From Microbotryum violaceum (taxonomy: Eukaryota): DNA of 64,000 bases. Positions 23,303 to 36,503 of this stretch are shown here, piece after piece; within the stretch, counting starts at the first letter, position 1; every line of letters starts with the position of its first letter. The translations under genes were made by a program, and so were the position numbers. The stretch is from the NCBI GenBank assembly GCA_001244265.2, contig CDLV01000016.1:186001-250000 (forward strand), written 5' to 3'. A model generated the notes under the pieces. That model was not told where the DNA came from. It worked only from the letters and a program-made list of their open reading frames with translations, and ran no database searches.

Positions 23303-26300
23303 ATGGATTCCTCGACACCGTATCGGCCTCCTGGCCGCCAACTCGGGTCCAGTCTGCCGCCTTCGGGCACCTCCCCGGCCATGTCGTCGGGGTCATCGGC
23401 CCAACCCTCCCCTTCGTCACCACCAACGTCTTCACGGAGTGCTGCGATCGCAAGACTGAGACGAGCTGCTTCGACTCGTGAATCACCTTCGCCCTTGAGC
23501 TCACCCTCCATGTCGGACGCACATTTCCAAAGCCCTACTGACGACTCGACCTATTTCACTCCCGTACTGGGGAGTATGCATCGTCACACTGCGTCCGAGG
23601 ATGTTCCTCTCGTCCACGCCGCTTCCCTGGAACGGACTGCCTCGCTACTCGCTCGGTCAATAGCCATGGCCAAATTGACGGGCACCGCACCCCCACCCGT
23701 ACCCTCGCACTATCATGCCGCTCCGTTCCCCATCAATGCACCCCTCCCCAGCCTCGATGCGCTGAGGGAACGTGCTCGCGCTCGACTCGTCAACGACGAC
23801 GGATCACTCCCGAACTCGACTTCGTCCAACGCGTCGAGTCCGACGATGCCGCCCTCGCTGAGAAGGAACCACACCGTGACCGGCGTTGGCGGCTCGAAGC
23901 AGAATCTTAGCATCGGATTGGGCATGTCGGTCGATTCATCGGTGCCGCTCGATCTCCGTGGCTCGACCCGGCCAGCGGTGCTTCGGTCGGCTTTAGCCTT
24001 CACTCGATCCGGATCCGGGCGAAGCACGGCTGCGCCTTCCTCTTCGCGTGCTGCGACGACGGCCTCGCTCGAGGACGATGTCGCACTCGACTCGAACCGC
24101 GCTGCGGCAAGGGTCAATCTCATGCGCAAGCTTTCATCGAGGAAACTGGCCTCCCCCTCGCAGACTGACAGAGTAGCCGCTGCCCAGGTCGATGAAGCAG
24201 CCGTCGAGCAGTTCGCTAGCAAATTGCCCCAGGCGACGGTGGTTGGACTTCGAGCGCGGAGTGCGAGTGCTGCTTCGGAACGCGGCCGTGCAAACGGGTC
24301 CAATCGGTCCCCTCTGCTCGTCCAAGTCCCAGCCGCAACACATTTGTACCTGAGTCGTCGACCTGATCCCATACCAGTGCAAGTGGAGGATGCTCCCCTT
24401 CGATGGCCGGAGGATCGGAGTCGAGAAACCTGGGCCGAAGGGGGAGGCGACCGGGGCAATATTCGCGATTTCTACGAGCCGGACTTGCACTCGCTTCAAG
24501 GACAGACGCTTACACGGGGGTTTGGTGACGTGTCGGAGGATGCGGCGGCATTTCGATCGCAATACCAGACCGTGTACGAAATCGATCAAGCGGGACCGCA
24601 TGTGCGAAACCCTGATGTCTACCAGGTCGAGGATGCGACACCCCGTATGCCGGACGAATACGATATTGTCACTCCGCGACCTCCGTACGAAGCTCCACCT
24701 CAATCCAAAGGTAATCGACTATCGAGTAGCAACGTTAATGCCATTAGGGAAAACGAACAAGACCAGGGTGAGCAGAGGGGACCGTCACCAACGGCATCAT
24801 TGATCGCTCGCAAAGATTCCGAGGCGCGCAAGTTCAGCGACGACTCCGCCATTTCCTCGGAGGTCTCTCATGATGGGAACGAGATCGAGTATTCGCAAAA
24901 TCAACAAGCGCAAGCATATCAGTGCAAGAACTTTCCGATTGCGGTCTCGTCGCCTCGGAACACCCAGACTCCGCGGCGCAGTTCCATCCCTCAGCACCTC
25001 GTTCCAGGCCCATCGCGACACGCGCCTCACCAATCGAGTCTCCACGCGACGGCGGCGGCAGCAGCGCCCACCGGCGCACCTGGCTTCAGCCTGATCCAAC
25101 CCTTCAACACCGCGAACGACGACTCTGAAGACGAGGTACGACGCCGCGGCTCGTCGGCCTCTTCGAGCGTCGCTTTTTTGACTCGAGGAGTGAGGGAGCT
25201 GCCAGAACGAACCAGCAACGCGGGGTCGATCTTGCCAATGCGTAATGACAGCTTTGTGATACCGCACGAATCGCCGGCGAAGTTGACGGACTACTTGCCG
25301 AGCCTTTCACCCCTTTCCGGGACGCAGGGGCCTGTTTTGACTAGGTCATCGAGTCTGCAGGGCAGTGGCGTCAGCAGTAGTGACGAGAAGAACGTCGTGA
25401 ACGCCGAGGCATCGCCCTCGGGCGTCCCACACTCGATCGCATTCATCATGAAGGGACCTGGAACTACGACCGACGAAGCCGAGCACCTTGAAGAGGAAGG
25501 CGATAGTCCGGACTGGGTCCTCAAGGAGAAGAGGTTGACGGCCAGGATTGAGAGCAAGAGGCAGGCCGGGATGACGAGGAGCAAGAATGGCGCTTTCCCG
25601 CCGCCGGAGGAGAACTATCAGTTCCCGAGCCCTACGGCGTCTGTAAGTCTCGCGAAGCTCTGTTACACCTTTGCAAGATTTGCGTACTGACGGGAATACT
25701 CTCATATGTACGAGCAGAGCCCGGGCACGGCCTCGGAATCCCGTGCCAGTCTACCGTGGCAACGACCGGATCGTGAAGACTCGACCGACAGCACCAAGGC
25801 TTTGTTCGAGAAGCTTGCCGTCTCCCCTCGCGAGCGCCAACGACCTTCGCCATTCTCCGTGTCGTACCATCCTCTGCCCCTTTCCGTGGGCTCGCCCATC
25901 ATTGACGCCGACGCCGGTGCCGTCTCTCCGATGGGGTCCCATTTCTCGCCGCAGAGCATTCAACCGCCCGCGCCGACCTCGACGACCCCGCCTTTGGAGA
26001 GGATGGACTCGAGCGATGCCAGCAAGGCGCAGTGGTTCCAATCCGCGATGTACAAGAGCGCGGGCGTCCCCGCCCTCATCTCCGCACCCCCTTCGGCCGA
26101 GATGCGACGACAGACCTCGGGTCGCTCAAGTAATTCAAGAAAGGTACGGTTGGAGCTTTTACAGGAGGACACGCCGTCACCGCTTGTTGTGACGACCTCC
26201 GCTTCGCCCGATGATCTCGCACGACCGGGGACGAGCCATTCAGATAGCAGTGACTACTCGAGTGCAATTATGAGTCGAGAAGGATCGGGTTCGAGTACGC

Positions 26301-28517
26301 ACGATGCGCTTTCCCTTTACACCGTCGAGGCTCGTCATGCCCCTATGCACGAAGAGGACCTACCCGCAAATCGCATCATTGCCAAGCTCGACTCGTTGCT
26401 AGGCACCGAACACCTCATGTCGGACCAGCAGCCGACGCCGCTCGATCAACCTCCGAGGAAGCTGCTCTTGCACACCCCCGTGCTGCAGGTCGTCAACGCG
26501 CACACGGTCAAGGATCGACATCTGTTCCTCTTCACCGACCTGCTGTTGATCACCAAGCCGCTCATTATCGATGATCCCAAGACGGGGATGCCAACGCCCT
26601 CGACCTTGGCCAGCCAGTTCATCGTCAAGTCCATCGTCGAACTCAAGCAACTCAAGTTGCAGGCTGAGGACGAAGGCCACGACGATACGGCGCCGCCAAA
26701 GAAGCGTCACCCTTTCTTGGTACAGTTCGTCGATCGGTTCGCCAACGATCCCAAGCGCGCCATCGCGACACTCATCCAGAAGGGTGGCTTGTCGAGTGAT
26801 GCAGCGACGATCGCGAACCTGAGTGAGTCATGACTGGTTTCAGAAGTTGGTTCTGGAGGACATGCTCAATAGCCCTATGCTTGTTCTGCAGTCTACCGCA
26901 ATCCCGATTTGAACCGCAGTCAGGTCGGCGCATACTTTACGCAGCCCGAGAACCGCCACATCCTGCGCGTCTACATCGAGCGCTTCCGCTTCAGCGGGGT
27001 TCGCATCGACGACGCGCTGCGCATGTTCCTCATGGCCGTTCGCTTGCCGCACAGTCGCCAGTCCGTTGAATACGTCTTGGGTGTATTGGCGATGACGTGG
27101 ACGGAAGTGAACGGCGCAACGGGTTTCGACCCGAACTTGACGTTCAACCTCGTTGTCGCGATCATGAAGCTCAACGACGCTTTGCACAGCGCCAACTCGA
27201 CCGAAGGGCACTTGTTTTCGCGCCCCAACCCGTCTCTCTCGGTCGACGATTTTATTGCCAGCTTTCGCTATAGCGACCCTCGCTCGCTCGTACCTGAAGA
27301 TCTGTTGACGCGCATCTACGCATCCATCCGGAAGGAACGCATCGAGCACGCTTCGGACAACACGATCTTCAGCATGACGCCGGATGTTGAAGCGACGTTG
27401 ACCCCTTCCAAATTACCCGTCTCGTTGACATATCGAGACCCCTCCGACCCCATTACAATCACGATCCCCGAGCCCGATCCCAAGTTCAACATCAAGCTGC
27501 ATGGCACGGATCTCAAGTTCGATCCGCCAATTTTGTCGTTCGCCAAGTCGCGCACGCAGACGTTCCGTGTTACGGGAATGGCGCTGGGTGTTCGAGCGAT
27601 GGTCTTGATCAAGACGGGAACGAACGCGCCTCGGTACCAGGGCTTGCCCATGAACAAGGCCTTTTCGATCGAACGCGCGTTCATGCAGCACAAATTCCAA
27701 GTCTCGTTCACGAACCACCTCAACGTCAAACGCAAGTACATGTTTTCGACGCTGAACGCGGGATTGCAGAGGGCTTGGCTGCGTCATCTCAGGGAACGAA
27801 TCGCCGCTGCGATGGCGGCACCTCCCGCGCCTACGCCCGCTCTGTCGGCCGCCGAAGCGGTAGCCGTGCAGGCTCTTCAAGATATACTAATCGCACCCGA
27901 TGAACTTCTTCCTTTGCTCACGGCTGGCTCCGCTGCTTCCCCTCAAGCCAACACGGCTGCCCCGCGAAACCGAGGAGCTTCGAGAAGTCGACAAGGCACA
28001 CCGACAGCGGCGACCCGAGCGGCGTTGACAAATGCGGGCGTGCTCGTGCGGTCCAACTCGGTCAGCAAGATCTACGCGGCGCACTACAAGATCGAAGCGG
28101 ATCTGCACCCCGACAACGCTCGTAAGAAACCTTCTTCACCTGCCGTGGCGGCGCTTGGTTCGCCCGTCATTGGCTCACCGACGGTGCAGAGCAAAGAGGC
28201 CGAGGCGTTGGAGCACTTGCGCGCGATCCCTTATACCAAGACGGGCGAGGAATTGGTCCTCATGACGGAACAGAACTCGTTGCTTCCCGTCGTGTTGAGT
28301 TTCCTTGGTGCTGGAGTAGGGGTGAGTCGCGCTTGAGGGTTAATTCAGGAACAGGAATGATGTGTACTGACGATCTTTATGGCTTTACTAGACCGCACCC
28401 CTGCCCATGTCGGCGAACGGCTCAGCTTTCCAATTGTCCCCCTTGCCTTCTCGCTCGGGCGCGTCTTACCCCAGCGCCAGTTTCATTTCCAATGCACCTT
28501 CATCGATGGCGACATGA
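23303..28517 (+). CDS. Sec7-domain ARF guanine nucleotide exchange factor with long disordered N-terminus and PH-like region, multi-exon
   Basis: Sec7 signature VGAYF...YIERFRFSGVRIDDALRMFLMAVRLP...IMKLNDALH...LLTRIYASIR; DRHLFLFTDLLLITK. Introns near 25643-25714, 26823-26891 and 28322-28391. Confidence 0.85.
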
Positions 28518-28939
28518 AGATGATGTACGACCCGCACGCCCCCAAGTCTTCTTGGCAGCGTGTTTGGCACGATTTGACTTTCCCTCTCCTGCTACGTTGA
28601 GTCTCCGATTGTTTTGTTCGGTCGATCTTTTTTTTGTTGCTCGTAAGTGTAGCCCCCCCCCCTTTTTTTTAGCCCGTGCCCTTTTTTGTTTTTACTCGTA
28701 TATATTACTATAGATCCACCCTTGAGTGATATGGCACCTCCTGCCTTTACGCGCTTGGCTCCGAAGAAGATAACCGGGCGCGCGTGTGGAAGAGCCTGGC
28801 AGCGTGACGTGACGATTCATGATCTCATTCGCAGGCCAGCGCACTCGGCAGTTTGTCGATTCGGACTCGCCTCTCTCGCGCCGTCGTGCTGAGCTTCCGT
28901 CAACTCATCCCGGTTTCAGATCTTGTCTCATAGTGAACC

Positions 28940-30056
28940 ATGTGAGTGCGAAGGCGCTTGCGTATGCGGGCGACCCCCGGACGGCTCTTTCCACCCATTG
29001 CCACGCTGCTCTGAACTCGGCCGAAGTCGAAGGCGCCGCTTCTTGGCGATGGCGTGCCCGAACGGAGCGCAGGCGCAAGCCGGCGGCTGCTGGATCGCGG
29101 AGCACGGAGAGACGAAGAGACGGAGAGACGGCCAGGAGAGGGAGCCCAATCACACCAGCCGACCCGTACAGCCCCACATCCAACCTGGCTGACTGTAGTC
29201 CCTGGGTTCGGCAGGTCATCCTCCGTCCCCGTTTCCAAGAACATCGTCTGGCATGAAGGCGTGACGCAGGAGCAGCGCGAGCAGCTCGTCTCCCAAAAGG
29301 GGGTCACCATTTGGTTCACCGGCCTTTCGGGTGAGTACTTCATGTTTGAGTTACGTACGTGTGGCTAGATTCTGACTTTTAATCGTCCAAATGCCCACCT
29401 GCCACGACGCCTCGCGACCCTTCCTCGCAACCCAGGCTCGGGCAAGTCGACCCTGGCCTGTGCTCTCGAGCTCGAGCTCTTGCAACGACAAAAGAGGGCC
29501 TTCCGCCTTGATGGCGACAACGTTCGTTTCGGACTCAACAAAGACCTGGGGTTCTCCCCCAAGGATCGGGAGGAGAACATCCGGCGTGTTGGAGAGGTCA
29601 GTGTCTTGCTCAGGAATTTCTCGACCCCACTCGGTGTGATCGGGCATGCACGCGGTCCATTGGTGCTACCATCGTTAATTGACGACCATCTCCCATTACC
29701 TACATCAAAACCTCCGCCAGGTCGCCAAGTTGATCGCATCCTCCTGCACCGCGACCTTGACCGCCTTCATCTCCCCCTACCTCGCGGACCGACAATTGGC
29801 CCGCACGATTCACGACGAAGCCAAGATCCCCTTCATCGAAGTCTACGTCGACGCCCCCTTGGAAGAAGTTGAGAAGCGTGATCCCAAAGGTCTGTACAAG
29901 AAGGCGCGTGCGGGGATCATCAAGGAGTTTACCGGCATTTCGGCACCTTATGAGGCACCGGAGAAAGCGGAGTTGCACATCAAGACGGCCGAATCGGATA
30001 TCGAGGCCGGGGTGAAACAGATCGTCGAGTACTTGGAGAAGAACAACTTCATTTAG
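28940..30056 (+). CDS. MET14: Adenylyl-sulfate (APS) kinase, 4 exons
   Basis: [83 protein letters not shown]. Confidence 0.96.
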
Positions 30057-30270
30057 GTACTAAGCTCTGTACGGTTCATAGATAGATGTGGGCGCAGATC
30101 GTGGTGAAAATTCCACACGAGGCTTATACCTCACCTCATGCGGTTTTCCCCGAAATCGATCGGCTCGGCCCGACACAATCATCACGGAAAAATTATTGGT
30201 ACTTTTGCAAAATTTATTGTAGGAAACAGAAAGAACGCAAGATATTAGGTACTCAAAGCTAGGGGAACAA

Positions 30271-32434
30271 TCAAAGCAAGCCGACTTCTTGAAGCGTTTG
30301 GTTCAAGACCTGTCGAAGGCAACTCTTGGGTTCAGCTATGAATCGAAATCATTATGGTCGACCTCCTCGTTACCTACCGAATCGAAAACGGCGGCCATGA
30401 CGACCTTGACTTGCGAAGTATCTGTGGTTTTGAAAACAAACATCATTATTCAAAGTCGTTGTCCACGCCTCCCCTCACACGAGTTCGAACGCACCGGTCG
30501 CCGTCGAGAAATGCGTATAAATTTGCTGATTCTTGCGCTTATCGAGCCCGATGAATACCTTGCGCAAATACTCCTTCGCCGCGGATACATCGGTGTCGGA
30601 CCCCGTGTATCCAGGAAAGGCTTGGGAGAAAGGTGCAGTGCCGGATTTGAACTTGCTTTCAAAGAGGTCACATTTGTTGAGGCTTTTTTGGTTGGCAAGG
30701 GGTTCCGTGGGATGGGGTGGTCAGCCGGAATTTGTTGGTGGATGAGGAGTGGTAAAGGAGCTCACAGTAGGACAAAACATGATTCTCGGAACCAGATCGA
30801 GTTGACGATGGATTCGAACAGCTGAACATAGACGAGCCAGAACGCATGAGTAACGCACCCGTCTCCCTCACGCCCTCAGGAGAACCCGGTGTTCGAAGAG
30901 AAAACAACTAACCGTTCTCGATTCGGTAATACGATTAACCTCGTTATCCTCCCGCAACGTCTGATCATATTCGCTGATAGCGACCACGAATAAAAGTACT
31001 TTGACGTCTTCAAAGCAATGAATCCATTTCTTACGTTCGGACCTTTGGCCACCGACGTCGAGAACACGGAGTTGGTACCCCTGTGTGTTTCCCGGCCACG
31101 TCCGAATCGGGCCAGCGTTACTTTGAGTAGTCTGTTCCATTAGGATATCTTCATCAAATCCCTGCACTTCTACTCACCCTCACAGTGAAACGCTCTTCGA
31201 CGATACCGGTGCTGCGCACCCGCGTTCGCAGGATGTCCTGGTCCGACGGCACGTACCCTCGCCTCCCGATACGTCCGATGGCGTCGAAAAAACTGTGTGA
31301 CCGGCGGGGGGAGAGAAGTTTTCAGTGACCAGAGCATCCTTGCTAAGACGTGTCAATTTAGACTACTCACTAGGGAGCTGAAACGACAAAAAATCGAAAC
31401 TAGGTCAGCAAAATTCCCCAAGGCCACACTGGTGCGAGAACACTAACCCGAATCATTCAATTGATACTCCGGCCCCAAAGCGACGACTCGCTGCACCGCA
31501 GGATGCGACCACAACGTCTCGATCGCTCGAGCAACGGAAGGGTACAGATCTCCATCTTGCCAATGTACGTCGTCCTGGTCGAGTTGGAGGATCACGGACG
31601 AAGACTCTTGTAGTTCAAGGGGGAGGTCAAAAGAGAGTTGTTGGAAGCCGTGGAGGACCGCCTGAGGGGGACATAGGGTGCCTGAGTCTCGGCGTTCTGA
31701 ACCGTAAGCTTGAAATGACAAATCATTGCCCACCTCCATGGATTGAATTGTGTTTGTGTACACGACTTCTCGGAAGGCGGATCGTTCGGAAGGGGTGAAC
31801 GTCTCTCGGTAACTGTGTCCGGAGAAGGATTCTTGCTAGTAATCAGCTTCTTGCTGCGGCAGTCCAATGCCCAGAGGATCGACTTGCATGAGTCGCATTT
31901 GCTGATGGTACGGAGAGCATGACAAACAAATCAGCCTCATCTAATTCTGCAACATTTGAAACATCTCGTCTCACATCCGACTCACCTTGACGACGGTGGA
32001 CTTGCCCGACTCCCCTGCATACAGTTGTCACACGAGATAAGCTTTGAGGACCGGAAGATGTCCGTGACGAGGGAGATGTGCTGACCTGCACCTAGGAGCA
32101 ACAGCTTGATTTCTTTGCTGTGTACACCATCGCACAAGTCAGCATCATCGATACCGGGACCAATGCACTACCTGACCAGTCATGAGCTCCACCTCCACCT
32201 CCACCTTCTCGGCATCGCACAAACAGGCCAGACAGATTGAGATCCCTCGACCAATTTATAGGCTTCCGACCACTTCCAATAATACCCCCAAACTCACTTC
32301 ATCATCTGCCTCTCCCTCCTCAGATTGGCCTCAATATCCTGATGCACCTTCAGGTCCGTCGTCCGTCGACCACTAACGATCCCAACACCGTTCCCGTTCC
32401 CGTCCCCGCCGTATCTGGAGAAGTTGCAGCCCAT
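30271..32434 (-). CDS. Heterotrimeric G-protein alpha subunit (copy 1, divergent, many short exons)
   Basis: MGCNFS N-terminus, [57 protein letters not shown]-terminal EVGLL*. Confidence 0.9.
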
Positions 32435-34358
32435 CCTTTGGGCAAAAATCGCTTCTCCAAGGTACGAGGGAAGGAAAGTAGCTGTGGTCCTCAAGTGGCT
32501 TCGAATTCGGGATTAGCCGAGGTCAGCCGAGGTCGTACGCTGGAGCTGGCCGCACGGAAATATCGGGATCGGGCGTGGAACAGGGTCCGAGCAACCGACG
32601 ACGATCTGTCTCCTAAGCTGCGAAAGCGCGCGCGCCAAGCTCAATTCAGAACCCCGAGCGCACAGATGGGGGAGGTGAAGTGCTCGGTTATGAACGGTGT
32701 CTAAAGGAAGGAAGGGCAAGAGGTCAAGAGTACTTCAAGAAGGACCGTGGCGTAGTGTGGCGTGGCATGCGTAGCGCGTCTCGGGTGCGAATGCGAGCCT
32801 TCACAGAGGAGGGTTTGGGTGAGAGCGGGGAGCAAGAGGCGACCGTGCGCTGATCGCAAAACAGCAGGCACGGTCTCCTCTTGCGCGAGACAACGTCAGC
32901 GTCGATGTGGACAGCCAAGTGCGAGACTACGGCGTAAGCGCAGCGCACCCTGCGACCAGCTCGAAAGTGTCTCACGTCGTGGACAGAGCGGCAGGTGCAA
33001 CAATCGCAGGCTCACCTCGACTGCAGGAATTTCAGTGGATGGCAGACCAGGACACAAACAAGAAGGGATGAATAAAACATCATGCCTCAAAACCGCTGAG
33101 GCTCCTATTCGCGACTTGGAATTGAGTCCGATCTTTCCCTTGGGCCGCGCCATCGGTATCTACTCGGGTTTTAAAGTTTTGAGGCGACTCGGGACCGTTA
33201 CAGTTAGCAAAGCTCCTCATTTTGCCTCACGTTCTTCCAGATCGATACCTACTAGGTCATGCTTGACAACTTGGACACGTTGCAATTCATCGCTATTGTA
33301 ACTCTCTCCAAAGCGATTGGGCGTGACAGTACCTCTATGGGACAAAGTCGATCTGGGCATCGATGTGGCTTGGAGATCACTGGTAGCAAGTAGATCGATG
33401 TGACGGACAGACTCGGTCTCCTTTAGGTCCTCCCCCGCCCCCGATGGCGCTAAGGTCCACGAGCTTTGCTTTCGACTCCTGAGGCACCTCCATTCGCCAT
33501 CGTCAGCTCGGAAAAGTGACGAGAATACGCCGAGCCGACCGACGATCGGGGAATCGAGCCAAAGTGATTTGATTGTTCCTTCCGGTTATCCGACTATCCG
33601 AGGACCGGAAACGTGAAGAACTCACTCGGTAAGTATGTTATTGCATTGTCGAGGCATGGATGCTCTTATCGTCATGCTCTTCACGGCCCGATGCGGTGAT
33701 TGCCGATCAATCAGCGTGACACGTCTAACAGGGTGCTTGGTGGTCCGGCGGACCTAGCGTTTGTTGGATTCGGTCTCTGAACCAGACTCGCTGGACCTGA
33801 AACTTATTGAACACACAACCAACTCCAAGCCTAAACATCCAACACGGCACCATGCTTCCATGAAACATCCATCGGAGTCCAAGACATGTGTCTCAAAGTG
33901 GCCGATACAAACTCGTTGTCGGCCGTTGAGACCCTCGAGACGAGAGGCAACTCCTAGAGACAAGGCTCGTCTTTCTCCAACGAAGACGGAGGATTGATGT
34001 GAATTGAATATATTTGATTACGAGTGATGAAGACGGAGATACCAAAACAGACAGAAGAAGTAGAGGAATGAGAGGAAGAGGAAGGAGGTGTTTCAATACT
34101 CGATCGATTGGGTGGAGGATAGAAACAGGAGGAATTTACAGCGTGGGTTTCGAGTGGGCCGGAGCTGGTGTCGAAATATTGAAATGGAGGACACATGGTT
34201 GATTTTCGGACAGGACAGGGAGGGGTAACAAGCTATTGGCACAAGCACGTTCACACGTCGTGTCTTTGAACACGACTAGCTGGAAATCATGACTAAGAGT
34301 TTAAGAACATGAAGCAGAAAGACGCTCTTCGGAACGAAAGAGGCCAAGGGGGATCAGA

Positions 34359-36503
34359 TCAGAGCAGGCCCTATTGAAATAAAAATAAAATTAGCACGCG
34401 AGCCTCCAAACGATCGAACTTGCGCTTTCTTGTCCTCACCAATTCTGCTATGCTAGCGGCCATGATGCTCTCCTCGACAGCATTGAAGACGACGCGCAAC
34501 TGCTCGGTATCGGTCGCGCACGTGAAGTGGACGTGAAGTGGTCGGTTGTGGCCGTTGCGGTAGAGCGGTCGGAATTTGGACTCCATGTAAGCGCAGCCGG
34601 TCGGGTCTGAGGGGTGCGATCATAATCCAATCCACAGTCAGGACTTTCTAGAAGAGCGGGTCGGTGCATGTGGCACCACTCACAATCGCTGGGTCCCTCG
34701 TAGTCCGAGTAGTATTCGTAGATAGGCGAGGTGATGAGTTTGGCCTTGAACAAATCGGTCTTGTTCATAAAGAGAATCACGCTCGACTGGGCGAACCAAC
34801 GCGAATTAGAGATGGACTCGAACAAACCCGCGGCCTCATTCATACGGTTGATATCGGAGTCCTCGTAGAGCGTCTGATCGTATTCGGAAATGGCGACGAG
34901 GAAGATGAGCACGTTGACATTCTCGAAGCAATGAATCCACTTTTTCCGCTCGGAGCGTTGTCCTCCGACGTCAAAGACGACGTATTGCAACATCCCGACT
35001 TGGAAGCGCTCCTCGGTCAAGCCGGTTGTCTTGACTCGCGATCGGAGAATGTCCTGATCTGTCGGCACGTAGTCGGCTGCGCCTATCCGAGCCGCCGAGT
35101 CAAAGTAGCTGAGCACGTGGGAGAGAGTGGGTCTGTCAGCCAAAGAGCTGGCTTTTCGAGCAATCACCGAGTCCGAACTGACTAGCTGGCCGAATCGTTG
35201 AGTTGAAATTCGCGACTCTTGGCGACGCAGGCTTTGGTCGTCGGTTCTGCCCAGAGGGCAATGAGCGCCTGGGTGACCAATCGGTCGAGCATTGGCGGGC
35301 AAGGGTCGTGGGCCGAGACGCGGATCGACATGATGTAGGCCGCCTTGTCGCGGAGGTGAGGTGCGAGGGGCATGTTGAGATCGTGCAAGGCCTCGATGAC
35401 GACTTGCATCGATTGAATCTGAGAGGGTAGGAGGTTGATGTGCGTGTATGCGTGTCAGGATCGAACTACACAAGTTCGGGCAATGTCGATCGGGGATCGC
35501 GATCTTACCAAGTTGGCGTAGACGATTTCTCTGTAACCATCACGCTCTTCGTCGGTGTAACCTCCGACATGGTGCAGTCGCATCTGCTTCAAGATGGTCG
35601 ACTGTAAGGAAATGGGGAACATTCGCACGAACACATGTGTCAGTAAAGGGGGCTTCGTCGAAGAGCCGTGCTCGCTCTCTCGGGTCAATGTGGTGCCTTC
35701 GGAGCGGAGAGCGGGAGGATGACGCACCTTGCCCGATTCACCGGTTCCCAACAAGAGTAGTTTGACATCTCGCCTATGGAAAATAGGGAGCCAAGAGTCA
35801 GTTCATGGGTTTGCGCTGAAAAATTGGCTAATCTCGGTCGGCGATGAAGTGTGGGTCGTGGGGTGGGGTAGTGGTGGTAGTAAAAGCGGGCTGTGGGTCG
35901 GCCGAGTGCGGCGCGGCGAGATGGGAAGGATTCCGCGGAGAACGACGACGACGACGACCGTGACTGACTTGGGCGGTCCCATGCGCTGTGGAAGCGAGTG
36001 TGGAGGGCGACACCTGGTTGGACCAAGTGCACAGTAGACACCCTCACTGCAAATCCATCCCGGTGGGCCCGGTGAGCCAGCTCGAGCTGAACCGTCCGGT
36101 GAGCGGGGATGAGTGTCCTTCGAATCATGCCACTCTACCCTTCCGATCCTTAGCGTGGACTGGCAGCTGGCGGCCTGGCGGGCTGGCGACGACGGGCACG
36201 GCGGGCGCGGCCAGCGGCAATCCCACAGCCAAAGAACGAGCCAGCCAGCCCAGCCCGCTCATGACCGAGTTCGGAGCGAGTGGTCAGACCAACCCGACCT
36301 CGAATTGGACGTCACCCCGCCCTGCACCGTATATACGCCTGCACCACGACGAGCTTCACCACGACGAGTTCACCACTCCTCGAACAGCTCAGTTCGTTCC
36401 AAGTCCCGACCTACTTTGCGACGGCCTTCTCTTCCTCCTTCTTGGTCGCCTGTACTGCGGTGTGGTAGTCCTGCTCGGCCGCTTTCGATCCACCGCAACC
36501 CAT
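34359..36503 (-). CDS. Heterotrimeric G-protein alpha subunit (copy 2)
   Basis: Exon 1 MGCGGSKAAEQ...KAVAK spliced over intron 35774-36414 to [47 protein letters not shown]-terminal EL|GLL*. Confidence 0.93.

Noticed and set aside
33893-34096. Signal-peptide-like ORF MKHLLPLPLIPLLLL
   Set aside because: Starts at TTG rather than ATG and derives from a GA-rich tract; the surrounding region looks like decayed sequence.
35969-35982. G-alpha copy 2 as a constitutively N-terminally truncated protein starting MGPPK
   Set aside because: A canonical MGCGGS exon with a phase-compatible donor exists at 36503-36415; kept only as a possible alternative isoform.
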